Under the pieces are notes generated by a model, which saw only the letters and a program-made list of their open reading frames with translations, was not told where the DNA came from and did no database searches. From Eledone cirrhosa (taxonomy: Eukaryota): DNA of 64,000 nt. Shown here piece by piece: positions 53,346 through 64,000 of the stretch. Position numbers and translations under genes: made by a program. The number at the start of each line of letters is the position of its first letter. Positions within the stretch are counted from its first letter, which is position 1. The stretch is taken from NCBI GenBank assembly GCA_964016885.1, contig OZ024742.1:366482001-366546000 (forward strand), in the 5' to 3' direction.

Positions 53346-53767
53346 ATAGCCAATGGATACCGCATGCTGCCACGAGGAGCTTAAGGGTCAGTCTGCGTCG
53401 AGGTCCCAGCGGACAGGATGGTGAATGAAAATATAACGTTGCCTTTCAACAACATTGTATAGTTCAATAGTTATAATCTAAACTGTTACCTGACACAACA
53501 TATAAAACCATTGTATTACATATACAAATATTAGTCTCTATTTTAGTTTCTCTCTGTATTATATTACATCAATGGAAACAGTATTTCTGCAACTATTTAC
53601 GTTGATGTTTCACCAATACTAATTTTGAAGAGCTACTATCGGATACACTATAGTGCGACTATATAATCAGTATCTAGTCTTTACTTCTGTGTATGTTTAA
53701 TGTATTTAAAAACAAATATGCATCATATGTATAAACATACATATATACCAACCTTACACACACACAC

Positions 53768-53828
<61 letters not shown>

Positions 53829-53829
53829 C

Positions 53830-53872
<43 letters not shown>

Positions 53873-54103
53873 AATGAAGTAATTTCTTTTTTTTTTTTAA
53901 ACTTAACTTTTATTTATTGATTTCTTGTATATGTATTTTGTTTTTGTATGGTGATGTGACTGCACATGGTCGATTATTTATTTTTATATATTTATTTATA
54001 TAATTTTATATATATATATGTATATATATGTATGTATATATGTGTGTGTTTGTGTATTTATGTGTATGTGTATGTATATTTATGTGTATATGTACATATA
54101 AAC

Positions 54104-54147
<44 letters not shown>

Positions 54148-54224
54148 ATATACTTATATATTTATTATCTTTTTCTCTTCTTCCTTCAGCCTCTCTTTCA
54201 TTTTCCTTATATTTTTGTTTTCAG

Positions 54225-54303
54225 ATCCACATTCAATAAAAACACCAGGATTTTTTCATTCGGATGACTGAAAGCAGATTTGTTTGCTTTCAAGAAACCA
54301 CTG
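54225..54303 (+). other. Candidate exon (terminal coding or UTR)
   Basis: Long polypyrimidine tract + TTTCAG, donor CTG|GTAAAT; all frames contain stops (phase-1 reading DPHSIKTPGFFHSDD*). Confidence 0.2.
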
Positions 54304-54388
54304 GTAAATGAAATAATTATCTTATGTTGTTTATTACATAACTATATATATATATATATATGTATAGATATAGATATGCATGTATACA

Positions 54389-54469
<81 letters not shown>

Positions 54470-54528
54470 TAGTTATTACATAACTATATATATATATGTA
54501 TAGATATAGATATGTATGTATACATATA

Positions 54529-54574
<46 letters not shown>

Positions 54575-54575
<1 letters not shown>

Positions 54576-55128
54576 TAGCAGTAGTACCCGGCGTTGGACG
54601 GTATAAGGTATTTTGGAATGCGGGCCGCCAACAGACCTAATCGTGGAAAAACAGCATGCCTGGACAATATGTAAAAAAAATAATCCGAATATTCTGATAG
54701 CTGGATAATCTTAGATTTTCCTCGATGAAGCAAGAAAAATGCAGGTTTTCACCTAATGCGAGCCCTGGGGTATCAAGAAAATGATTTTTTTTATGTGCAT
54801 AATATGCCTTGAAATTTCGTGAAAATCTGCTAGACGTAACGCCTCAAAAAAGCCTTAAAAAGCTGAAAAAATGAAGTTTTTCACCTAATGCGGGCCCTAG
54901 GCCAGAAAAACGTTGGATTTTCTTTCCTCACGCTATGAAGTAGAGACTGACTAATACATAGTTACAATTTCAAGGAAATCGGTCTGACGTAACGCCTCAA
55001 AAAACCCTAAAAAGCTAATGCGGGCCCTAGGGGATCAAAAGGTTGAATTTTTTCATGTGCATAACACTCCCTAAAACTTAAGTAATACACATGTAAAGCT
55101 TGAAAGGAATCGGTTGGGTACTACTCGG

Positions 55129-55212
<84 letters not shown>

Positions 55213-55343
55213 TTCCCCCAACACACACACACACATACTCACATACATACATACATACATACATACATACATACATACATACATACATACATACATACAT
55301 ACATACACACATACATACATGCTTCCTCAGTTTTATATATAAT
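54575..55343 (-). mobile_element. Non-autonomous Helitron (same family as 35940-36830)
   Basis: Reverse-complement similarity along its length; minus-strand 3' hairpin ACCGTCCAACGCCGGGT + CTAG; 5' TATATAAAACTGAGG. Confidence 0.8.
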
Positions 55344-55355
55344 ACATATATAGAT

Positions 55356-55555
55356 TAAAATAACATATTAAAGTTTAAGCAAAGAATCGTTGCTTTCACC
55401 CTTAACGGGATCTTCTGAAACTAGAAACATCAATCTGTGAACGCAGAAGTAAATATTTCGAAAAACGTTGCAACCGAAGGAAAACAGGAAGACGATACTT
55501 TGGTTCGTGAAGACGTTCCCTGGCGATGAACGGATAATAGCGAACATAATACGTC
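55356..55555 (+). mobile_element. Partial copy of the MITE-like element at 10831-11110
   Basis: Near-identical to 10838-11037 (left arm + internal region); the right arm is missing. Confidence 0.8.
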
Positions 55556-55822
55556 ATCAATGTTCGTCAGAATGTCGTAATGCAGACAGCCAGGCATACA
55601 GACAGATATTATAAGAGCACTACGGAGATGGATAACCGGCGCCTAACACCCCTTTAACAACAGAAAATTGAAAAATAAAAGCCGCAGTCAATATCTTTAC
55701 ACCGCAAGGAATATATAAATGTAAGTTTGAAGTCAATCGGAGTAGAAATGTGGATTTGTATAGACTTTGCAAAAATGAGGACACACGCACACGCACACAC
55801 ACACAGACACACACACACACGC

Positions 55823-55872
<50 letters not shown>

Positions 55873-56006
55873 CAGTTTTATATATAGAGATATATGTAGA
55901 TGTAGATATGTATGTAAACACATATATGTATATATATATATATATGTGTGTGTATACATATATGCATATATATATATACATATATATATAGTGAAATATA
56001 ATAACA

Positions 56007-56056
56007 TATCGATCTGGCCCGACTCCGCGGCTCGTCAGAGTCGGGCCAGATCGATA
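56007..56056. other. Perfect 19-bp stem / 12-nt loop hairpin
   Basis: TATCGATCTGGCCCGACTC (56007-56025) is the exact reverse complement of 56038-56056. Confidence 0.9.
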
Positions 56057-56253
56057 CAAATCGAACCTTGAGCTGATTAGTGGCGAAACGCGCGTCACCA
56101 ACCAATAAACGTAATGAAGGAGTAACCAATCGTCCTTGTTATTTTATTTCACTATAATACACTCTGTCTACCTCTACACCTCGACACTGAAGTGAACCTA
56201 AACATCGAGTGCTCACCCGGGTGAACCTACAGTAACTCCAAGTTACACTCCCT

Positions 56254-56295
<42 letters not shown>

Positions 56296-56337
56296 CAAGA
56301 TAATAATAAATGTAAACTATATTTATAAAACCATATT

Positions 56338-56402
56338 TATTTTATTATATATATTTCAAGGGCGACCAAGCAAATCTTGGTGCGCTTTCATCAGATAAAA
56401 TA
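56338..56402 (-). ncRNA. Minimal type I hammerhead ribozyme
   Basis: Minus strand UAUUUUAU-CUGAUGA-AAGCGCACCAAG-AUUUG-CUUGGUCGCCCUU-GAA-AUAUAUAU-A-AUAAAAUA: 8-bp stem I, intact core, stem II, palindromic stem III, AUA cleavage triplet. Confidence 0.75.
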
Positions 56403-57859
56403 CAAAATTTGTTTTATAAACAATGACATACCCATGAAAATCACACCTTAACGGTCCGAAGATTCGCTGGATAGTGGAAATTTATTAGGCTTAATTCAAA
56501 GTTATGTGTGAATATGCAAATGATTGTATGAAAAATTGAAAAACAACCGTTTAATTAAATTACGTTGGGGGAGGATGAGAATAAAGAGAGAGCGAAAAAA
56601 TTACTGTTATGGGATATATAGAGAAATAGAGAGAAGAGAGAAATTTAACAGAGGATGAACTCATATAACGTAAATAAGTCTTAAATTTATATTAAAGTTA
56701 CGTATATTTAGTAATTATTTTGTTGTTAGAATTCTAATATAATACAATATAATATTAAGTTTTATAGGTATAAAGAAAAAATATATATATAGAAAAAATG
56801 GATATATAGAAAAAGTAAATATATATATAAGAATATATATTGAAAAATAAATTGAGATATAAGTAGAAAATAGATAGAAAAATATAGATAGAAGAATAGA
56901 TATATGAATAGAGGAATGGATATATGAGTGGATATATGGGTATATTCTGTTATAGATAATTATTTTAATAATTCATGATGGATGCTGGTTTATATTTATA
57001 TTTAGTGTAAGTAATTAAATTAACTGAGTTAATATGAATATTTATATGTTTTTAATATTTTAAATATTTTAAATTGGGAAGATAGTGAAAATCCCAATTT
57101 TGTTTATTTATTAGTTAGTATGAGACCAATTTGATGAAGATATAAGTTTTAAAAATATTAAAAAATATTAAAAAATATTTTAAAATATTAAAAATATTAA
57201 AGTATTAGAAAATATTAAAAAATATATAATATAAAAATATTAAAAGTTCTGGAAAGAAATTCTGGAAAAAATAAAAAAAAATTGTTCAGAATCTCAAAAG
57301 ATGCTCCAAAATAATTTAAAAAAAAAATACTTAAACTGTTTAAAATTTTTAAAATTATTCTAAAATACTTAAAATATTAAAAAATATTTTAAAATATTTA
57401 AAAATATTTAAAACCTTTAAAAAAATTTTAAAAAAATTTTAAACAAAATAATTTTTCAAATAATTTTTAAGAAATAAGTGATTTAAAAAAAAAATAAGTG
57501 ATTTATTAAAAAGTAAGTAATTTTAAAATAAATGAGATATTTTGGAAGTAAAAATAAAAAAGTGAAAGATTTAAGCAGTAAAGAATAAAGATGTAAAAAT
57601 ATTAAGCAGTAAAGGATAAAGATTTAATAAGTAAAAAATAAAATTAAAATTAAAGTTAAAATTAAAAATTTATAAAAATTTATGATCATATATGTATATA
57701 ATATAAGAAATTTTAATATAAAAAATATTAAAATTAAAGATTTATGATCATATATGTATATAATAAAGAAATTTTAATAAGTGAAAATTATAGGCATTGT
57801 AATATATCGAACAATATGTAGAAAATTATAAATGTAATATATTTTATATATATTTTTAA

Positions 57860-58264
57860 AAGTTGAATTTAGGCGATGTTTACAAGAACTGAATAAATTC
57901 ATACGTATATTAATTGAGTTCTTACATTTAAGTATGAAGAAAATTTCCAAACACACAAATTGGAAAATCTAGATAAAGCTGTGTTTTTGTAGGCAGGTGC
58001 TTTTGAAATTACATCCCAAGTTAAAGAATAGTCTATATTTTTAGATTTTAAGTTCCATATCAAATTTGATAGAGAAGTTGAAGATTTTTTACCTACATTA
58101 TTAAACGAGCATTTGTGATTATTGAAACGGGATTTGACGTTTGTAGAAGTAGAGCCTATATAGTTGAATATATGATCATTAGTTTTGACAGAGCATTTAT
58201 AGACGACATTTTTATCTAAGCATTTATTTTTTAAAGGACAATTTGGTTTAATTCTACAATTACA
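57860..58264 (-). pseudogene. GIY-YIG endonuclease domain of a Naiad-type PLE (frameshifted near 57955)
   Basis: Manual translation CNCRIKPNCPLKNKCLDKNVVYKCSVKTNDHIFNYIGSTSTNVKSRFNNHKCSF...TSLSNLIWNLK...W.VISKAPAY...NLC, then in another frame LEIFFILKCKNSINIRMNLFSSCKHR. Confidence 0.8.
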
Positions 58265-58498
58265 TTTAGCAGAGTATATTTAACCATCGTACGATGAAGT
58301 TATCCTGTAGATTACTCGGTATGATTGTCATTAACCATACTTTTATTATCTTGATTTAAAGACCAGTAAGGTGAAGCACCGGTCGATCTATTGGGGTAGA
58401 CTAATGTTAAATTGTCATCGGATATCTGAGTGTTCCAGGCTATTGTTTCTTAAGTGAAGTGTTACAGAAATGTTCATATTTCTGTGCTTTATTAACAG

Positions 58499-58640
58499 GT
58501 AGGCGGCGAATTGGCAGAGTTATCAGAACATCGGATAGACTGCTTTATGGTATTCATTCCGGCTCTCTGAGTTCAAATCCTGCCGAGGTCAACTTTGCCT
58601 TTCATCATTTCGAGGTCGATAAAAAAGTACCAGTCTGGAG
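58499..58640 (+). mobile_element. SINE (core family)
   Basis: AGGCGGCGAATTGGCAGAG head, GAGTTCAAATCC, GTCAACTTTGCCTTTCATC..GAGGTCGAT..AAGTACCAG. Confidence 0.8.
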
Positions 58641-59049
58641 TCGATACTTCCTCTTTGTTTCTTTCTCATTTCCTCTCTCTCACTCTCTATCTTTCGCTGG
58701 AAATAATCTGCTCTATTAGGCCAGGAGAGGGATGGGCTCCGCCAGGCATGAAAGTGCCGTATGTCAATACGGCGCCCCTACAATTCTCTCAGGTGTTACG
58801 GGACCATAGATTAAAAACTAGACTGTCAGTTCAGCAGTGTTTACAAGAAAAAAGGGATAATTACATAGTTACATTCCAATTGATAATATCGATCGCTTCC
58901 TTAAGAGTTCCCTTTAAAGGCTACGTACAAATTCTGCCGTTTTCTATTTTATCTTTTAGGAGTTGATAAAATAAATGTTACTCATATACTGGGTCTCAAT
59001 TTATTCAATTGTAATGTTACTAACATTGTGCTACTTCTAGAAATAATTG

Positions 59050-59245
59050 TAGGCGGTGGATGGACAGTATCGGTAGAGCGTGGGGCGTAGAGCCCTTTTA
59101 CGTTCTGAGTTGAAATCCTGCCGAGGTTAGCTTTGCCTTTCATCCTTACGCGTTCAATAAAGTACCAGTAATGCACTGGTTCGATTTAATCGACTTTCCC
59201 CTTCCATAAAGTTGTTGGTTTGTGCCTAAATCAGAAACCATTATT
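59050..59245 (+). mobile_element. SINE (core family)
   Basis: AGGCGGTGGATGGACAG head, GAGTTGAAATCC, core, GTGCCTAAATCAGAAAC tail. Confidence 0.8.
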
Positions 59246-59288
59246 CTTCTTCTCTGTGGTGCTAATCAGATGATCTATGTTTGTACAG

Positions 59289-59342
59289 GTAGGTCTTCAA
59301 ATGACCGATATACTCATCGTAACGGCACAGATAACTTCGAAG
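59289..59342 (+). other. Candidate 54-bp cassette exon, copy 2
   Basis: GCTAAT branch-like motif and TTTGTACAG acceptor; RSSNDRYTHRNGTDNFE; 51/54 identical to 47800-47853. Confidence 0.25.
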
Positions 59343-60884
59343 GTGTACTCCAAAGTGAAATGTCCTAAACGTTATTTCATTAGTGGATTGTAGCGTTATT
59401 TACTGTCACTTCGAAAATATTGAAGTTAATGAACTCTGGAAGTATTGTTGCTGGGAAGAATTTAAAGAAACATTTCAAAGCCATACAAATGCCTTAAACA
59501 TTATCTAGATAGTGGATTGTTATTTATTTATTTATTTATATTTTTTTAAAACTAAAATTATTATTTACTGACCACAATGAATACATACAATAGTTTATAA
59601 CTTTGCCTATTAATCCGTATGGTGAGCAAATGTGGTCTCACGTGCTGGCCTCCTCACAGCCCCGGCGGACAGGATGGAGAAGGCGTTTCCCCGGAGGACA
59701 TCATACAGTTTGTACATTTTTACACAAATTTCATTTTATCTTCATAAGCTGTATGCAAAATTAAAACAAAATGGCTATGGAAATCCCGATGTCTTCCTAC
59801 AAAATTAACCAACAAAACCCATTCCCCAACATAGAAACCTTAACGTTTCTGGATCTACATTTTAGGGTTAACATTTTTGTTTTCTCCAGATTTACAACAC
59901 TATTTTCTTGTTTTTACATATTTATTTGAATGTCTTCCTTCTATGTCTCACGGAACCATAATTTGGGGATTAATTTGTTTTGTTCATAACTACCCCTTTT
60001 TTTTCTTCAGCCCCTTTTTCTAAAATATATTGTTACATAAACTACTGTCTGAATAGTGATTTATGTAACTGCCCTTAGAAGCTAAATAAAGGAAATCGTT
60101 ATTAATAGATGAATATTTGAAATTTGTTAGCAATAAACACACATATGTATATATACATTTATGTATGCATGAATGTATATATGCATACATGGATATGTTT
60201 ATCTAAAGTTTAGGAAACTTTCTAATTGACCCACATAGATCAGTAAAATAAACAGTTCAGAAAATACATTCACTAAAATATAAATATAAAAATGTAATTT
60301 ATTTCAACAAGACGATAGTAACTGTTCAATACATTTGTAGCATGTTCCAACAGCTGATATCTGGTAGCGTCAGACCAGAAACAGACAACTGGTCGCTGAT
60401 TGGTTTGCTTTTGTTGTTGTTGCTGTAGTTAATTTTTCTTTGTAATTAAACTGGCGACAGAACATTTCACAGGCCAGTCAATGCGGGAGGCAAGGAGATC
60501 ACATCGCAGTCAAAACACTACTGTATTAGGTGTAATATGTTAAAGTTGAACCGACAGAGCCTCGAAATGCAGCAGTATTGCTCTCCTTCTGGGTCCGCTC
60601 CACGCGGAATATTTAGTACGTGACGTCAGGATTGAAGTGTCATACTTAGGTTTCTAACATTGCTAGTTGTGACGGTGAAGTAGGACAATTCTAGACGTTT
60701 GTGTCACACATCTTGACCAATGATTCCCAAATTATTCGTCCCTAAAAAAGCCTTTTATTTAAATCAATTTCCGCACAGAACATCTTCAAAAATTCCTCGC
60801 CTCCCAGAATGTTTGTACACTGATAAGAATCATACTTAGAAAATATTTGATACACAAGGGTGTGTACATTATATGTATAACAAA

Positions 60885-61052
60885 GGGTTGGATTGGCAGT
60901 ATCGGTAGAGGGTCGGATGCAATGCTTTGCAGTATAGAGTTACGGTCCTTTACGATCTGTGTTCAAATCCTGCCGAGGTTAACTTTGCCTTTTATCCTTA
61001 CCAGTTAGACACAGGGATAATTGCTGGCCTTGTGCCAAAAGTAGAAACAATT
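60885..61052 (+). mobile_element. SINE (core family) with apparent target-site duplication
   Basis: GGATTGGCAG head, GTTCAAATCC, core; ATTATATGTATAACAAAG flanks both sides (~60868 and ~61050). Confidence 0.8.
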
Positions 61053-61344
61053 ATATGTATAACAAAGTAGTTGAAACTTTGAACTTTACTCACAGAATTT
61101 ACAGCCTAAAAGGGCAGTAAATTGACATGCGGACCCTACTTGGGTATCACGAACATTTTGTTACAGGTGAGGACACTTCAGATCAGGAAATTCGACTGGG
61201 AAGTAGTTTCTGTAGTAATGTCTGGAATGAAAATGAAACTTACGGCTAAAACATATGCTGACCTCTTCCGAGTTCAAATCGCATCATAGGATGTTTTAAT
61301 GAACTCGCCCTCAGAGCAAACATGTTGTTACAGATCACATGTAT

Positions 61345-61554
61345 GCAGTGCAGATTTAGCTAACCCCCATACAATGTTGGCAGTGCAGATTTAGCTAACC
61401 CCCATACAATGTTGGCAGTGCAGATTTAGCTAACCCCCATACAATGTTGGCAGTGCAGATTTAGCTAACCCCCATACAATGTTGGCAGTGCAGATTTAGC
61501 TAACCCCCATACAATGTTGGCAGTGCAGATTTAGCTAACCCCCATACAATGTTG
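61345..61554. repeat. 35-bp minisatellite, 6 identical copies
   Basis: GCAGTGCAGATTTAGCTAACCCCCATACAATGTTG x6. Confidence 0.97.
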
Positions 61555-63671
61555 TATCATAGGTTTCATGAATATTTTAATGAAAGGAAACCTAGTGGTA
61601 ACATGTTTTAGTTCACAAATACACAGATTTTTCTGGTCTCCTACGAGGTTATATCCCATAGGTTTCCTGGGTGTTTTAATGATAAAAGCCCTAATTCTTT
61701 CATGTTGCTGCTGCTTCAGCTCACACATGGAAATTTCGCTGGCCTCTTACAAGGTGGTGTCTCTTAGGCTTCTTAAACATTTTAATTATAATCTATCATG
61801 CTTTTCTTATTACAGCTCACACGCGTGCACATTTCTTTCTATCAGATATCTCTTATGCTCCTTCAGTGTTTTCATGATAGTCTTCAGTTTTATCAAGCTG
61901 GCTTCCTATGAGGCTGCCTCTCATTCCAGATTTATTCGGTGTTTAAAGGGAAGTAACTCAGAATCACGTGTAGTTTGTAGTGTTGACGTCACATCGCTGC
62001 CATGACTACACTACCAACTTTATTTTCCAATTCAAGAAAGCGTTTAAATATAAATTTGTAAACCGAGACAACGAGAGGAGTTCCAGCTAGATTCTGTCAA
62101 TAGAATCTCTGCGGTTTAGATACACAGCAAGTCTTCAATTTCCGAATGGCTGAATCTCATCACCTGGATGCGGTCTGGCCACCCTTAGAGTGTAAGAGAT
62201 TAAAGACCGAAACACCCATTTGAGGGGGGTTTCTTCTCTGAAGACCTTCAGCTGGTCAGCTCTCCTGAGAGTTTCTTACTACTAGGGGCCACAAGCATAT
62301 CATATCAAACGACGTCAAATGAAGAGTGTTGATCAAGAACACAACGCCCGAGCCGGGTGAAGGATCGATCTTAGGATCCGTAGTTCTCCGTAGATGGTAC
62401 TCCAAACCTAGAAATCCAGCTAGTAATAAATTATAGTCAGGTTGCTTCTGCAGTAATATCTGGCATCGAAATAACTTCATATCAACGTCTGGATCGATCG
62501 TACACTGTAAGTAAATAGCGATAACCTTTCCAAGGAAGAAGTGAGCCAACAATGTTTATGTGAACAGTATAAAGAATATGATCAGTTAGTAGGGTAGTTG
62601 TATAGTGGTTAGAACGTCAGAATGATCTGTGCTATTTCTTCCAGCTTTCTGCTGCGTTTTGAATGTAAATCCCACCGATGTAAATTTCCCATGTTTGTAT
62701 GTTAAATGACGATAAAGTACCAGTACTATACTCGGCCCCATTCTTTCTCTGTTCCTTTTCTCACTTCTCTCGCAAAAGATTGTATCTAGAAAGAAATTAT
62801 TTAATGCCTTCTTTAGACATAATATATTTAGGACTGCATTCTCTAATCTTTTTCATACAGTATATCTAGGTTTACATTAACCAGTGTTTCCTTCTTACGT
62901 TGTGTATCTAAGACTACATTAACCAATGTTTTTCAGGCATAGTGTATCTAGGACTACATTATCTAATGTTTTTCAAACATACTGTTATCGAATATATTAT
63001 TATCCAATTTATAATAGGCCAGGTGTTATTAAAGTAGATATTATTTCTAACAGATCAAGAAACCTCTTAGAGGTTCTTAGATGAATTTATAAGAGCCAGG
63101 GTTTGGTTCCGTGTTTCATCATTCCACTAAAATTGTTAACGCCCCACAAAATGATAGGTTCGTTGACAAATGTCATACTTCGTCCGTCATGAAGGTTTAT
63201 AGCTGGTGGTGTTTGCGGTTTGCTATACAATCTTAGGAAATCTGGGTATAGAGATAAATCGATGATATGATTGCGTGTCCCAACAGTGTTTCACTTGGTA
63301 ATCTTTCAAAAGATTCTTCAACAACATAAATTATAACATCAAGATAAATTTATTGATGTTATTGTCAGGTCAACTTTGATCGTGCAGTCATAAGATCAAA
63401 GGCACTCTCGGCATATTGTAGCCACTCCACTGTTTTATACAACTGCGCTGTTTTGGGCGGTTTATTTGTTTGTTTTATTTTTTTTTATAGATTTCTTTTC
63501 ATTCGCAATAGAAATAAATGTGATATGAGAGAGACTTGACTGCCATATCCAGCAGTTTATTTGACCAGGTAGTTTTTAAGGTTTCCTTTCAGGTTAACGT
63601 TTAGTTATAGTTTAATAGGTTCTATATGATTACGATGACTAATGTGTGTGTGCATGTGTGTGTGTGTGTGC

Positions 63672-63741
<70 letters not shown>

Positions 63742-64000
63742 GTGTGTCTCTGAGTGTGTTTATTCATGAGTGTAGTACGTATGTGATTTGAGGAAGATTC
63801 AGCTGTTAATTCTAGCAAGATAAGTGATTACGTAGAGGCTCCATCGGTGACTTTTCAGGTTACGGCTCAATGCGTTTTATGAAGAAATTTCGTCTCATGA
63901 AAATATTTAATGAAACATGCTAGGGCGATTAAACTGAAAACGAGGGACATGAAAAAAATTGATTTCTCATAAATGTTGTGGCATTAAGGAGTGTGTAGGT

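Larger units (their letters stand above)
56293..58280 (-). mobile_element. 5'-truncated Penelope-like element remnant (Naiad-type GIY-YIG, AT-rich 3' region, terminal hammerhead) next to (TA)n
   Basis: GIY-YIG coding remnant at 58264-57860 and hammerhead at 56402-56338 on the same strand; boundaries approximate. Confidence 0.7.

Noticed and set aside
57860-58264. Selenoprotein-type Naiad element
   Set aside because: The conserved Cys positions I could read use TGT/TGC; I saw no in-frame UGA and could not identify a SECIS by eye.
59600-59690. Twister or HDV-like ribozyme
   Set aside because: Superficial motif similarity only (AGCCCCGG..TGGAG, CCTCCTC); the required P2 and pseudoknot pairings could not be formed.
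61568-62552. ORFs 61568-62005(+) and 62256-62552(-) as genes
   Set aside because: No recognisable motifs; possibly a decayed retroelement, but I cannot support a family assignment.

Overview
Repeat-dominated, AT-rich eukaryotic DNA that looks intronic or intergenic. The microsatellite load and SINE families suggest a cephalopod/mollusc genome, which is an inference. No intact host gene could be identified, and nearly all ORFs in the supplied track are artefacts of tandem repeats. About 45% of the window is tandem arrays: 70-, 78-, 46-, 27- (12 kb), 38- (8 kb) and 35-bp minisatellites plus GGT/CAC low-complexity tracts. The 27-bp unit is an internal hairpin, and the two long arrays show higher-order duplications. 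Mobile elements include: a 5'-truncated Penelope-like element (RT + GIY-YIG, Neptune-like) with a ~1.2-kb inverted duplication; a second Penelope-like remnant (Naiad-type GIY-YIG, mostly missed by the ORF track) whose 3' end carries an apparently intact minimal type I hammerhead ribozyme; an internally deleted mariner with unusually long 103-bp inverted ends; non-autonomous Helitrons; RTE and CR1 LINE 3' fragments; and many tRNA-derived SINEs. A few short candidate + strand exons, including a duplicated 54-bp cassette, hint at an unidentified host gene.
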